Notes under the pieces: model-generated
Databases searched by the model: none
What the model saw: the letters and a program-made list of their open reading frames with translations, nothing else
What the model was told of the DNA's origin: nothing
Shown here: positions 12,373-22,282 of the stretch, piece after piece
Numbering within the stretch: the stretch's first letter is position 1
Layout: the number at the start of each line of letters is the position of its first letter
Program-made: the position numbers and the translations under genes
Assembly (NCBI RefSeq): GCF_001194135.2
Contig: NC_068982.1
Span: 58,498,384-58,537,779 of the forward strand
DNA: 39,396 nt
Direction: 5' to 3'
Source: Octopus bimaculoides
Lineage: Eukaryota

Positions 12373-12611
12373 ATCATCATCATCATCATCATCATCGTTT
12401 AACGTCCGCTTTCCATGCTAGCATGGGTTGGACGATTTGACTGAGGACTGGTGAAACCGGATGGCAACACCAGGCTCCAGTCTGATTTGGCAGAGTTTCT
12501 ACAGCTGGATGCCCTTCCTAACGCCAACCACTCAGAGAGTGTAGTGGGTGCTTTTACGTGTCACCCGCACGAAAACGGCCACGCTCGAAATGGTGTCTTT
12601 TATGTGCCACC
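12373..12611 (-). mobile_element. Family D element (older minus copies at ~2872-3100, 21360-21545, 25655-25870)
   Basis: (ATC)nGTTTAACGTCCGCTTTCCATGCTAGCATGGGTTGG..GATGCCCTTCCTAACGCCAACC is the reverse complement of family D. Cut by a gap. Confidence 0.85.
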
Positions 12612-12889
12612 NNNNNNNNNNNNNNNNNNNNNNNNNNNNNNNNNNNNNNNNNNNNNNNNNNNNNNNNNNNNNNNNNNNNNNNNNNNNNNNNNNNNNNNNN
12701 NNNNNNNNNNNNNNNNNNNNNNNNNNNNNNNNNNNNNNNNNNNNNNNNNNNNNNNNNNNNNNNNNNNNNNNNNNNNNNNNNNNNNNNNNNNNNNNNNNNN
12801 NNNNNNNNNNNNNNNNNNNNNNNNNNNNNNTAACCATTCTTATAACCATCTTTTGTGACAGATTTTTCTTTCAATAAATGGGTGCATGA

Positions 12890-14440
12890 AGGCGGTGAGC
12901 TGGCAGAAACGTTAGCACGCCGGGCGAAATGCTTAGTGGTATTTCATCTACCGTTACGTTCTGAGTTCATATTCCACCAAGGTCAACTTTGCCTTTCATC
13001 CATTCAGGGTCAATTAAATAAGTACCAGTTATGCACTGGGGTCGATATTATCAACTTAATCCGTTTGTCTGTCCTTGCTTTTCCCCTCTGTGTGTAGCCC
13101 CTTGTGGGCAATAAAGAAATAAGAAACGTTAGCACACTGGGCGAAATGCTTGGTGGTATTTCATCTGTCTTTATCTTCCAAGTTCAAATTCCGCTGAGGT
13201 CGACTTCATCCTTTCAGGGTTGATAAATTAAGTACCAGTTATGTACTGGGGTAGATCTAATCGACTGGCCTCCTCCCCATAAATTTCGGGCCTTGTGCCT
13301 ATAGTAGAAAAGAATATACGGGCACATGTGGCCAATAAAAAACCATTCTTATCATTATCATTACTGTTACTATTATTTTTAAGGCAGTGAGCTGGCAGAA
13401 TCATTAGCAGACTAGATGAAAAGTTTAGCAGCATCTTGTCTGTCTTTGCATTCTGAGTTTCAATTCTGCCAAGGGTGACTTTACCTTTCATCCCTTTCAG
13501 CGGGGTAGGTAAAATAAGTTCCAGTTGAGCACTGGGGTTGATGTGATTGACTTGCCTCATCTCCAGAAATTGCTGCCTTGTGCCAAAATTGGAAATTATC
13601 ATCATCATCATTATTATTGTTATCGTATAAAGGATTTAGGTAACTCCTGTAGAAGATATATAGCCAAAATTAAAAGAAGAGTGCCATTGTTATCTAGTGA
13701 ACAATATTTTGACATCTTGTGTGTCTTCAACTGGTTCAAAAAATAAATTTGTCAATCTACTTCAAATTCCACCATGGTCGACTTTGCCTTTCATCCTTTT
13801 GGAGTTGATAAATTAAGTACCAGTCAAGTACTGGGTCCATGTGATTGACTATCCCCTTTCCCACAAATTCCAGGCTTTGTGCCTATATTAGAAAGACTTA
13901 TTATTATTACTATTATTATTATTATTATCATCATTATTATTATTATTGTTATTATTATTGTTCTGAGGTGACAAGCAGGCAGAATTGTTAGCATGTAAGA
14001 CAAAATGCTCAGTGGCATTTAATTCATTTTTACGTTCTGAGTTCAAATACTGCCGAGGTCAACTTTGTCTTTCATCCTTTCAGGGCTTGATAAAATAAGC
14101 ACCAGTTGAACACTAGGGTCGATGTAATCAATTTACTCCATCTCCCGAAATTTCTGGCCTTGTGCCAAAATTTGAAACCATTATTATTATTAAGATAGCC
14201 AGCTGGCATAACCGTTAGCCCCCTTTTTGGGGTTGGTAAAATAAGTACCAGTTGAGCACTTGGGTTGATGTAGTCAAGTATCTACTTCCATCCACAATTC
14301 CAGGCCTTGAGTCTTTTGTAGAAAGGATTACTATTATTATTATTAAGGCAGCGAGCTGGCAGAATCATTACCACATCAAGCAAAATACTTAGCAGTATTT
14401 TTTCCACCTTTACATTCTGAGTTCAAATTCTACCAATGTC
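12890..14440 (+). mobile_element. Cluster of ~7 family-A SINE copies in the same orientation
   Basis: Repeated GGC(G/A)GTGAGCTGGCAGAA heads and CTGAGTTCAAATTC / TTTCATCCTTT..GATAAA..AAGTACCAGTT bodies at about 12890, 13125, 13380, 13755, 13960, 14195 and 14345, separated by (ATT)n/(ATC)n tails. Confidence 0.85.
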
Positions 14441-14734
14441 GAATATTTTGGCTGGATATAGCTAGTTTAAATTCTAAGGGGTTAATTTTCTCATTATCAT
14501 AATGAAAATGACATATTAATAAAATTACAAACTGAAATCTCAGTTTAATTATTCCTATCAATGCATATGCTCACATCTATGCAAACTGGAGGGAAATGGG
14601 TTGTATTAGTACCATACTTTATTTATTGATTTCAAAATGGTGTAAAGTATATGATTATGGATTATATGTGGAGACTGTATGTTTTGCATGTATACATACG
14701 AACAAAAGAAAACTACATTTATATAGGTGAAATG

Positions 14735-15110
14735 CAGGTGTGGCTATGTGGTGAGAAGTTTGCTTCCCAATGACATGGTTCTGGTTTTGGCCTCTCTGCA
14801 TGGCATCTTGGGAAAGTGTATTCTACTATAGCTCTGAGCCAGCCAAAGTTTTGTGAGTGGATATGGAGATGGAAACTAAAAGACACCTGTTGTATAAATA
14901 TGTATATATCTATGTGTGATTAAATTTATGTTTCTTCCCCACCACACTGCATGACAACCAGTGCTGGCTTATGTACATCTCCCTAAACAGCAGTTCAGCA
15001 AATGGAGACTGATATAATAATTACTAGGCTTAAAAAAAAGGTACTAGAGTCAATTTGTTTAATGAAATCTTTCAAGGTGGTGTCCGAGCATGGCTGTTGT
15101 CTAATGAAGC
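14735..15110 (+). mobile_element. SINE family B
   Basis: GCAGGTGTGGCTATGTGGTGAGAAGTTTGCTTCCCAA head and TTGGGAAAGTGT core. Confidence 0.75.
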
Positions 15111-15119
15111 AGGTAAGAT

Positions 15120-15441
15120 ATATATAAAACTTACTGTATAAAGGTTAACGCGTGCATTCTGTCGTGATACAAACAATATATGAGTATATGCATATATATA
15201 TATGTACATGTATGTACATACCTTCATCCACATGTACATATAGATACATAACTGAGTACATGACGTGGCAAAAGAACATGGACAAAATGATAAACAAGGT
15301 ACAACAAACAAGCAGGCCACATAGAAACATTTCCTTCATCAGCTGCCACCATTAAAACACTGGCGTTTCGAAGAATTAAGGCAGTACGCATCGTTAAAAT
15401 GGTTCTTCCCACGAACACAGATTAAATTTTTTCCGTGGAGG
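15120..15441 (-). mobile_element. Retroelement 3'/terminal-repeat-like fragment (Penelope-like by recall), truncated by gap
   Basis: Minus-strand TTCTTCGAAACGCCAGTGTTTTAATGGTGGCAGCTGATGAAGG..CTATGTGGCCTGCTTG..TTTTGTCCATGTTC..CACGTCATGTACTCA matches a recurrent octopus repeat I associate with Penelope-like ends. Inference only. Confidence 0.35.
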
Positions 15442-16166
15442 NNNNNNNNNNTATTCCAACCTTACAGGCAAAAATCGGTATGATATTATACCGGGTTTCC
15501 TAATATATAATATATATGTATATAACTAATTTAGTGACGAACCATCACTCTACAACTCAGTCAACTCAGAACCCGTCCAAATCCATGCTGTGAGGCATAT
15601 ACCATCTTAATATATCTAATATTTTAATCTAAAAATTTAAATTAGATAACATATTACATAAATAAATCATATAAATATTAATTTAAAAAATTTAAAAGTC
15701 AAATTTATAAATTGGACAGTAAAAATTAATACGATAATATACAGCATCGAAGTATAAATATAAAAAGTTAGTGCTAATACATAGACTACGCGTGTTTCAT
15801 GGCTGAAATAGGACTATATAAAATCATAAGCAAATTCTATCCGAGTTCATTAGAACGGGGAAATGATTTTACTCCCAAAAATAGTCACTCTTCAGGTCAA
15901 ATCCCTAAGAAAATACCTAAAAATCATTCAAAGAATAAACATGAGAAATAAAAATATATATAAAGAGACAAAATCTGTAAACTAATCCCTACATTAGCGG
16001 TATTAATATAGCTATTAAGAGTTACAATCTAAAAATATTATAGTAAACAAGGTTAAAACATTGAATAAGTAAATAATAGTAAAAAAAAAATGTGTTAGTG
16101 TACAAAGTTACTAAAAGACGGATGTCAATATTGTTTGTAAAATTAAAATAAGAAAACATGACTTAC

Positions 16167-16180
16167 CTGCCAGCTAGTAA
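16167..16180 (-). other. Candidate 14-nt microexon
   Basis: Minus strand reads TATTTTGTTTTAATTTACAG|TTACTAGCTGGCAG|GTAAGT. Confidence 0.35.
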
Positions 16181-16224
16181 CTGTAAATTAAAACAAAATA
16201 GCTGCGGTATAGAATTTATACTAA

Positions 16225-16641
16225 AAGGTCACGTGATAAATATGGCGTCTATTACCCAGAAGTACATGCGTATTATAATTACTAAAATAATAACGAAAAT
16301 ATGGAAAAAGAAAATCTACCTAAAATAAAACGTTTCTTGAGGATTAAAAATACTAAAATACTTAAACTTGCAAATTAACGCAGAGTAATAACTATACCCA
16401 TACGAAAATTTTATATTACGTAAATAGTGCTATGAAAATTAATACTGAAAAGTCACGTGATAAACATGGCGTCCATTACCAGAGATAAGTACGTGTTATA
16501 ATTACTAAAATAATAAAGAAAATATCGAAAAATAAAATCTACTTAAAATAAAAAGTTTAATGAAGATTAATAATACTTAAAACTCTCTTAACTATACCAA
16601 ATACGAAAGTTATATATTACTTAAATAATGTTATGAAATAT
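16225..16641 (+). repeat. Two diverged tandem copies of a ~190-224-bp unit
   Basis: GTCACGTGATAAA(T/C)ATGGCGTC at 16228 and 16452 (period 224). Shared TTATAATTACTAAAATAATAA, AAAATCTAC and AACTATACC..ATACGAAA blocks. Copy 2 has a ~30-bp deletion. Confidence 0.9.
16228..16471 (+). promoter_or_regulatory. Duplicated E-box (USF/TFE-type) + YY1-type composite motif
   Basis: GTCACGTGAT directly abuts AAATATGGCG (16228-16247) and AAACATGGCG (16452-16471). Confidence 0.45.
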
Positions 16642-16831
16642 TGTAAAAGACTGCTCATATTATTGTTGAATACTTAAAATAAAGGTAGTTATATGTTCCA
16701 ATTTTGTATAATATTGTGATGATTAAAGTGTATTCTAAAGCTAATTTGATGTANNNNNNNNNNATATATATGTATATATATGTGTGTGTGTGTGTGTATG
16801 TATGTGTGTATCTTTCTATGGTTTGTCATAC

Positions 16832-16936
16832 CAATCAAAGACAGAATGGATTAAACTGAACAGCAGGAGACCTGTGGGATGGAGAGTCACTGAAGAGGTT
16901 ACAGAATGTGTGACGAAAGATTTCAGACAAAGGAGC
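16832..16936 (-). other. Candidate 105-nt exon (phase 2-2)
   Basis: TTATTATTGTACTTATTTTAG| ... TTG|GTATGA, with open frame LLCLKSFVTHSVTSSVTLHPTGLLLFSLIHSVFD. No homology recognised. Confidence 0.35.
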
Positions 16937-18129
16937 CTAAAATAAGTACAATAATAAAGCTGAAGTGAAGAACAAATGTATAGTGTGTGTTTATTCAGCA
17001 AAAATAAAAAATAAAAATGACCATCCTGAAGTATAGCAACACATACGAACATATATGTATATAGGAGTGAAAGAGAGATAAATAAATAGATAGATGTATG
17101 TACATATACACACATACATATAAAATACACACACACACACATGCATTCGTGTGTTGGTGATTATATTAACTTAAACACGGTTACATATCTTGTGCTAAAA
17201 GTTTTGTGCAATCGACCTTATGATTGACTGTACCCACTTGTGCTCTATGTTAATGGGTACAGGCACCAATAAAGTGGATAACATGAAAAGATTATGTCCA
17301 GTTATCAAATCCTGTTTACAGATGATAAACTTTACACATTTCTAACATCACAAGGATTTTAACATTTTCATATCACAATACATAAAAATCAACACTATCT
17401 ATTTTTAAATATATATATATTATATATATATATATNNNNNNNNNNNNNNNNNNNNNNNNNNNNNNNNNNNNNNNNNNNNNNNNNNNNNNNNNNNNNNNNN
17501 NNNNNNNNNNNNNNNNNNNNNNNNNNNNNNNNNNNNNNNNNNNNNNNNNNNNNNNNNNNNNNNNNNNNNNNNNNNNNNNNNNNNNNNNNNNNNNNNNNNN
17601 NNNNNNNNNNNNNNNNNNNNNNNNNNNNNNNNNNNNNNNNNNNNNNNNNNNNNNNNNNNNNNNNNNNNNNNNNNNNNNNNNNNNNNNNNNNNNNNNNNNN
17701 NNNNNNNNNNNNNNNNNNNNNNNNNNNNNNNNNNNNNNNNNNNNNNNNNNNNNNNNNNNNNNNNNNNNNNNNNNNNNNNNNNNNNNNNNNNNNNNNNNNN
17801 NNNNNNNNNNNNNNNNNNNNNNNNNNNNNNNNNNNNNNNNNNNNNNNNNNNNNNNNNNNNNNNNNNNNNNNNNNNNNNNNNNNNNNNNNNNNNNNNNNNN
17901 NNNNNNNNNNNNNNNNNNNNNNNNNNNNNNNNNNNNNNNNNNNNNNNNNNNNNNNNNNNNNNNNNNNNNNNNNNNNNNNNNNNNNNNNNNNNNNNNNNNN
18001 NNNNNNNNNNNNNNNNNNNNNNNNNNNNNNNNNNNNNNNNNNNNNNNNNNNNNNNNNNNNNNNNNNNNNNNNNNNNNNNNNNNNNNNNNNNNNNNNNNNN
18101 NNNNNNNNNNNNNNNNNNNNNNNNNNNNN

Positions 18130-18175
<46 letters not shown>

Positions 18176-18674
18176 CACTGACTTTTTTACTTGTTTCAAG
18201 TAAAGTTTACAATCATACAAGTGACAGGGCACTGCATTGATGTGATTGCTCATTTATTTCACTTCAACAACTTCTCTCTGTTTAGTTCTGATGAATCAGT
18301 GAGTTGAACAACAACATTGCTCTTATTTGAGTTTCTAGCTGTAAAATTTCTTCATTTGGGACATGTGGGATCCTAGATGAAAATTTGCCTAAGTGATTTT
18401 TTAATACATTCATACCTACACCCCATAGACCTCTAAGGAATTTTGGCAAGGTATTGACAGCTAGGGTCCCTTGAATCTTAAGCTGTTACTAATTTTGGAT
18501 CCATACTCTTGATGGCGAGGTTGGGCCATTTGATACAATGCAGTGGCATCCAATTAAGGGTTGTAATAGCTTTTGATGCTATAGTTAAATGCTTGTCTGT
18601 CCTGGAACTTCTGCATACATGTGCATGTGTGTGTGTGTGTGAGCGTGTGTGTATTTATGTATATATTTTAACAC

Positions 18675-19131
18675 TAACGTTAAAGCAATGTTATTGTATG
18701 GGGCTGAGACATGGCAAACAACAGTTAAGTAAAATAAGCAAATACAAATCATTCATCAACAGGTGCTTGCGTAGTATACTTAAAATCATATGGCCCGAAC
18801 ACATAAGCAATATGGAGCTATGGCAAAGAACGAATCAAGTTTCGATTAGGGAGCAAATATTTAAGAAAAAGTGGAAGTAGATTGGTAGCACGATTAGAAA
18901 GGACACACCAAATGTAGCGAAAAGTGCTTTACAGTGGAATCCGGATGGATATAGAAAGAGGGGTAGGCCTAGGAACTCGTGGCGTAGATCAACACAAAAG
19001 GAACTAGAGAAGGGGGGACATTCATGGCAGAGTATAAGTACAAAAACGAAAAACTATGCGACATGGAATTCAATTATAAGTGGCCTATACTCTGCTTTGG
19101 AGGGTAAAATGCAAGAAAGAAGAAGAAAGAA
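18675..19131 (+). mobile_element. RTE-clade LINE 3' fragment (5'-truncated, decayed)
   Basis: Translation across a frameshift and stops: NVKAMLLYGAETW..FINRCLRSILKIIWPEHISNMELWQRTNQ..ALQWNPDGYRKRGRPRNSWRRS..KELEKGGHSW. This is the typical RTE ORF C-terminus. It ends in an (AAG)n-like tail at about 19112-19131. Confidence 0.9.
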
Positions 19132-19133
19132 TA

Positions 19134-19535
19134 TGTGCCAGTGCCATGTAAAATGTACCTGTGTTGGTGCTACATAAAAAACACCTGTCAGCACCATGAA
19201 AAGAACACCTGTGCCAGTGCCACATATGAAGCATCTATGCCTATGCCACATAAAAAGCATCTGTGCTGGTGCCCCGTATAAAGCACCTGTGCCCATGCCA
19301 CATAAAAAGCACTTGTACTGGTGCCACATAAAAAGCACCTGTGCTCGTGTCATGTACAATACATCATAAAAAGCACCTCCTCCCATGCCATGTAAAAAGC
19401 ACCTGTTCCCATGTCATGCATAAAGCATCACTGCTGGTGCCATGTAAAAAGCATCAGCACAAGTGCCACATAAAAGGCACCTGTGCTAGTGCCACATAAA
19501 AAGCACTTGTACTGGTTCTACGTAAAAAGCACTCT
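19134..19535. repeat. ~26-bp-unit minisatellite, about 15 degenerate copies
   Basis: Consensus approximately TGTGCYRGTGCCACATAAAAAGCACC, repeated in tandem. Confidence 0.9.
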
Positions 19536-19929
19536 GTACACTTTGGTTTATACAGCAGGCCCAAAAGTGCTGTTTCAAGGAAGACCGCCTCTCATTTCCT
19601 GCCTAGCTACACAACTTCTACCCAGTCCCTTGGGTATCTTTAGAGGAGTTTACTCAGTTACAGGTATTTGGGGCCAAGTTTACTGTCTGAGAATATCTCC
19701 TAACTTTCCTACAGAGGCCCTGATAAAGGTCAAAGGCACAGCTTTTCATCCCATGACTATAATCTATTTTTAAAAAATAAATGTTGTTGATGTTGTTGTC
19801 GTTAAGGTTTTGAAATTGATGTTTTAGGAAGTTGGATGAATTGAAAATCAGTTTCGTTGCTAAATATGATGATATTGATCTTTGCTTCTATCCATGCTGG
19901 TTTTGTAAATTGGCATTGACCCCAAGTTA

Positions 19930-19969
<40 letters not shown>

Positions 19970-20085
19970 TAACATATAGAAACACACACACAAACTCTTA
20001 TATATAACTATATGTGTGTGTATGTGTGCATGTGTACATATGCCTATGCATTCATATTCATATGCATATATATATATATATATGC

Positions 20086-20122
<37 letters not shown>

Positions 20123-20454
20123 TACACATACACAGTCATGCAAGTCATATCTGAGTCAAACCATTTGGTCATTAACCTTGAGGCGCCCCCCCCACCCTCA
20201 TCTCCACCTCCTACTTGTTTTGGTTCTAACAGCTTCCTATAGAACACCTGCTGGTTAGGTGAGTGCAGGGGTTAGTGGAGATAAATGAATATGGTCCTAT
20301 CCTTTTCTCTAGGTCACATAAATGTCAGAAACGGTTTCTTTGCATTCCATCCTGTCAGCTCAACACTGTAAAACATTACATTGATTTCACTCTTTGTCTT
20401 ACACTCCTTTAGTCTCATTGCCTATCCTTCTTTAATACCAATTTTTAAGTGGTG

Positions 20455-20750
20455 TAAGATGGTGAGCTGGCAGAGTCATTAGCCTTACATTCTGAGTTCA
20501 AATTCTGCAGAGGTTAACTTTACAATTCATTTATTTGAAGTCAATGAAATAAGTACCAATTAAAGGTAGCGAACTGACAGAATCATTAGCACACTGGGAA
20601 AAATGCTTAGTAGCCTTTTGTCCATCTTTACATTCTGAGTTTAAATTCTACCAAGGTCGATTCTGCCCTTCATCCTTTCAGGGTCAATAAAATAAGTAGC
20701 ATTTGAGTACTGGGGTCGACATAATCAACTTACCCCAGTTTCAAACTTTG
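20455..20750 (+). mobile_element. Two partial family-A SINE copies
   Basis: GGTGAGCTGGCAGAG head and two TTCTGAGTT(C/T)AAATTCT B-box bodies. Confidence 0.75.
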
Positions 20751-20770
20751 AAATCAGTTTTTAAGCGCTT

Positions 20771-20802
<32 letters not shown>

Positions 20803-20849
20803 TCTCTCTCTCTCTCTCTCTTACTGTTTCCAATATGTTGATCTTTGTG

Positions 20850-21178
20850 AAGGCACACAATTTAGTGGTCAGGGTTGTCAGCTCACAATCATAAAGTCAT
20901 GAGCTCCATTCCCATCCAGGTGGTGCATTCTGACCTTAAGCAAGACACTTTATTTCATGATTCTCCTGTTCACTCAGCTGGCAAAAGTTAGTAGTACCCA
21001 TATTTCAAAGGACCAGCCTTGTCACATTCTGTGTCAAGCTGAACCTCCCTCAGAACTACATTAAGGGTATATAACATGCCTGTGGAGTGCTCAGCCACTT
21101 GCACATTAATTTCATGAGCAGGCTGTTCTGTTGATCAGATCAACTGGAACACTTGTCAGTGTAACTGACAGAGTGGCA
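20850..21178 (+). mobile_element. SINE family C-related, decayed (a related minus-strand copy lies at ~24790-24940)
   Basis: TGTGGAGTGCTCAGCCACTTGCACATTAATTTCATGAGCAGGCTGTTC..GATCAACTGGAAC is the reverse complement of the 3840-3905 segment. Confidence 0.75.
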
Positions 21179-21587
21179 CTTATCTTGGTCTTCGTTTATT
21201 TACTTATTTATTTCTTTAATTAGGAAGGCAAGGTGTAGTATACAAAAATTTAATGAACATTTGACATGGTAGTGGGAGTGTAGATGCGGATGGGGGTAAC
21301 TCTTCCATTTGTCCTGATTATCAAACTAAAAGAAGCCCATTGTATATATATGTATATATCATCATCGTCATCATTTAACATTCATTGTCCATACTGACAT
21401 GGGTTGAATGGTTTGACCAGGGCTGGTAAGCTGGGAAGCTGTACCAGACTCCTGTCTGATTTGGCATGGTTTCCTATGGCTTGATGTTCTTCCTAACCCC
21501 AATCACTCAGAGAGTGTAGTGGGTGCTTTTATGTGCCACCGGCATGGGTGACAGTTACATGACACCAATATCAGTCATATATATATA

Positions 21588-21951
21588 AATCAAAATAAGC
21601 AACAAGGATATCCAGTGGTAAAACAGTATGATCATTTCATGCAACTCCATTTAATTGAACAATGCAATCATTACATCAATTTTAAATGCAGAGCAATCCT
21701 CAGCTGCACAAAGACATAGAATTTAATTAAATTAGAATAGATGGACACAATAGTATAATTATACCTAACATTTCCAAGAAGTTAAGGACAAAGAACATGT
21801 TGCCCCTACTACAACATAGAAGTTAATCTGTGCAGCTGAGGATTGCTCTGCATTTTAAATTGATGTAATGATTGCATTATTCAATTGAATGGAGTTGCAT
21901 GAAACGATCGTACTGCACTACCTCTGGATATCCTTGTTGCTTATTTTGATT
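21588..21951. mobile_element. Foldback/MITE-like element with ~123-bp terminal inverted repeats
   Basis: 21588-21710 (AATCAAAATAAGCAACAAGGATATCCAG..CTCAGCTGCACA) is the near-perfect reverse complement of 21829-21951, with a ~118-bp spacer. Confidence 0.85.
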
Positions 21952-22030
21952 CTAATCACCTTATTTTGAAATTGTATGGATAATACTGTACTAAATTCTG
22001 GTGCCTCAACTTAAGTGCTATATTCATCTA

Positions 22031-22282
22031 CTGGCTCCTGTGCAGGTGGCACGTAAAATACACCATTTCGAGCCTGGCCATCGCCAGTACCGCCTGACTG
22101 GCCCTCGTGCCAGTGGCATGTAAAACACCCACTACACTCTCAGAGTGTTTGGCATTAGGAAGGGCATCCAGCTGTAGAAACTCTGCCAAATCAGATTGGA
22201 GCCTGGTGTCGCCTCCTGGTCCACCATCCTCAGTCAAATCGTCCAACCCATGCTAGCATGGAAAGCAGACGTTAAACGACGA

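Noticed and set aside
12441-12470. CUGAGGA-CUGG-UGAAA-CCGG hammerhead-like stretch in family-D elements
   Set aside because: The GAAA lies inside the stem II loop rather than after it, and there is no stem III or cleavage triplet.
15452-16753. Possible mitochondrial insertion (NUMT); AAATAGCTGCGGTAT at ~16196-16210 resembles 16S rRNA
   Set aside because: The similarity does not extend beyond ~15 nt. I could not recognise any mitochondrial gene, tRNA or rRNA block.
18286-18298. 13-nt plus-strand microexon pattern (CTCTGTTTAG|TTCTGATGAATCA|GTGAGT)
   Set aside because: Isolated, with no compatible neighbours. It shows that such patterns can arise by chance here, so it is kept only as a caution.
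19134-19535. CRISPR-like periodic array
   Set aside because: Units are contiguous and degenerate with no unique spacers, in a eukaryotic context; a minisatellite.
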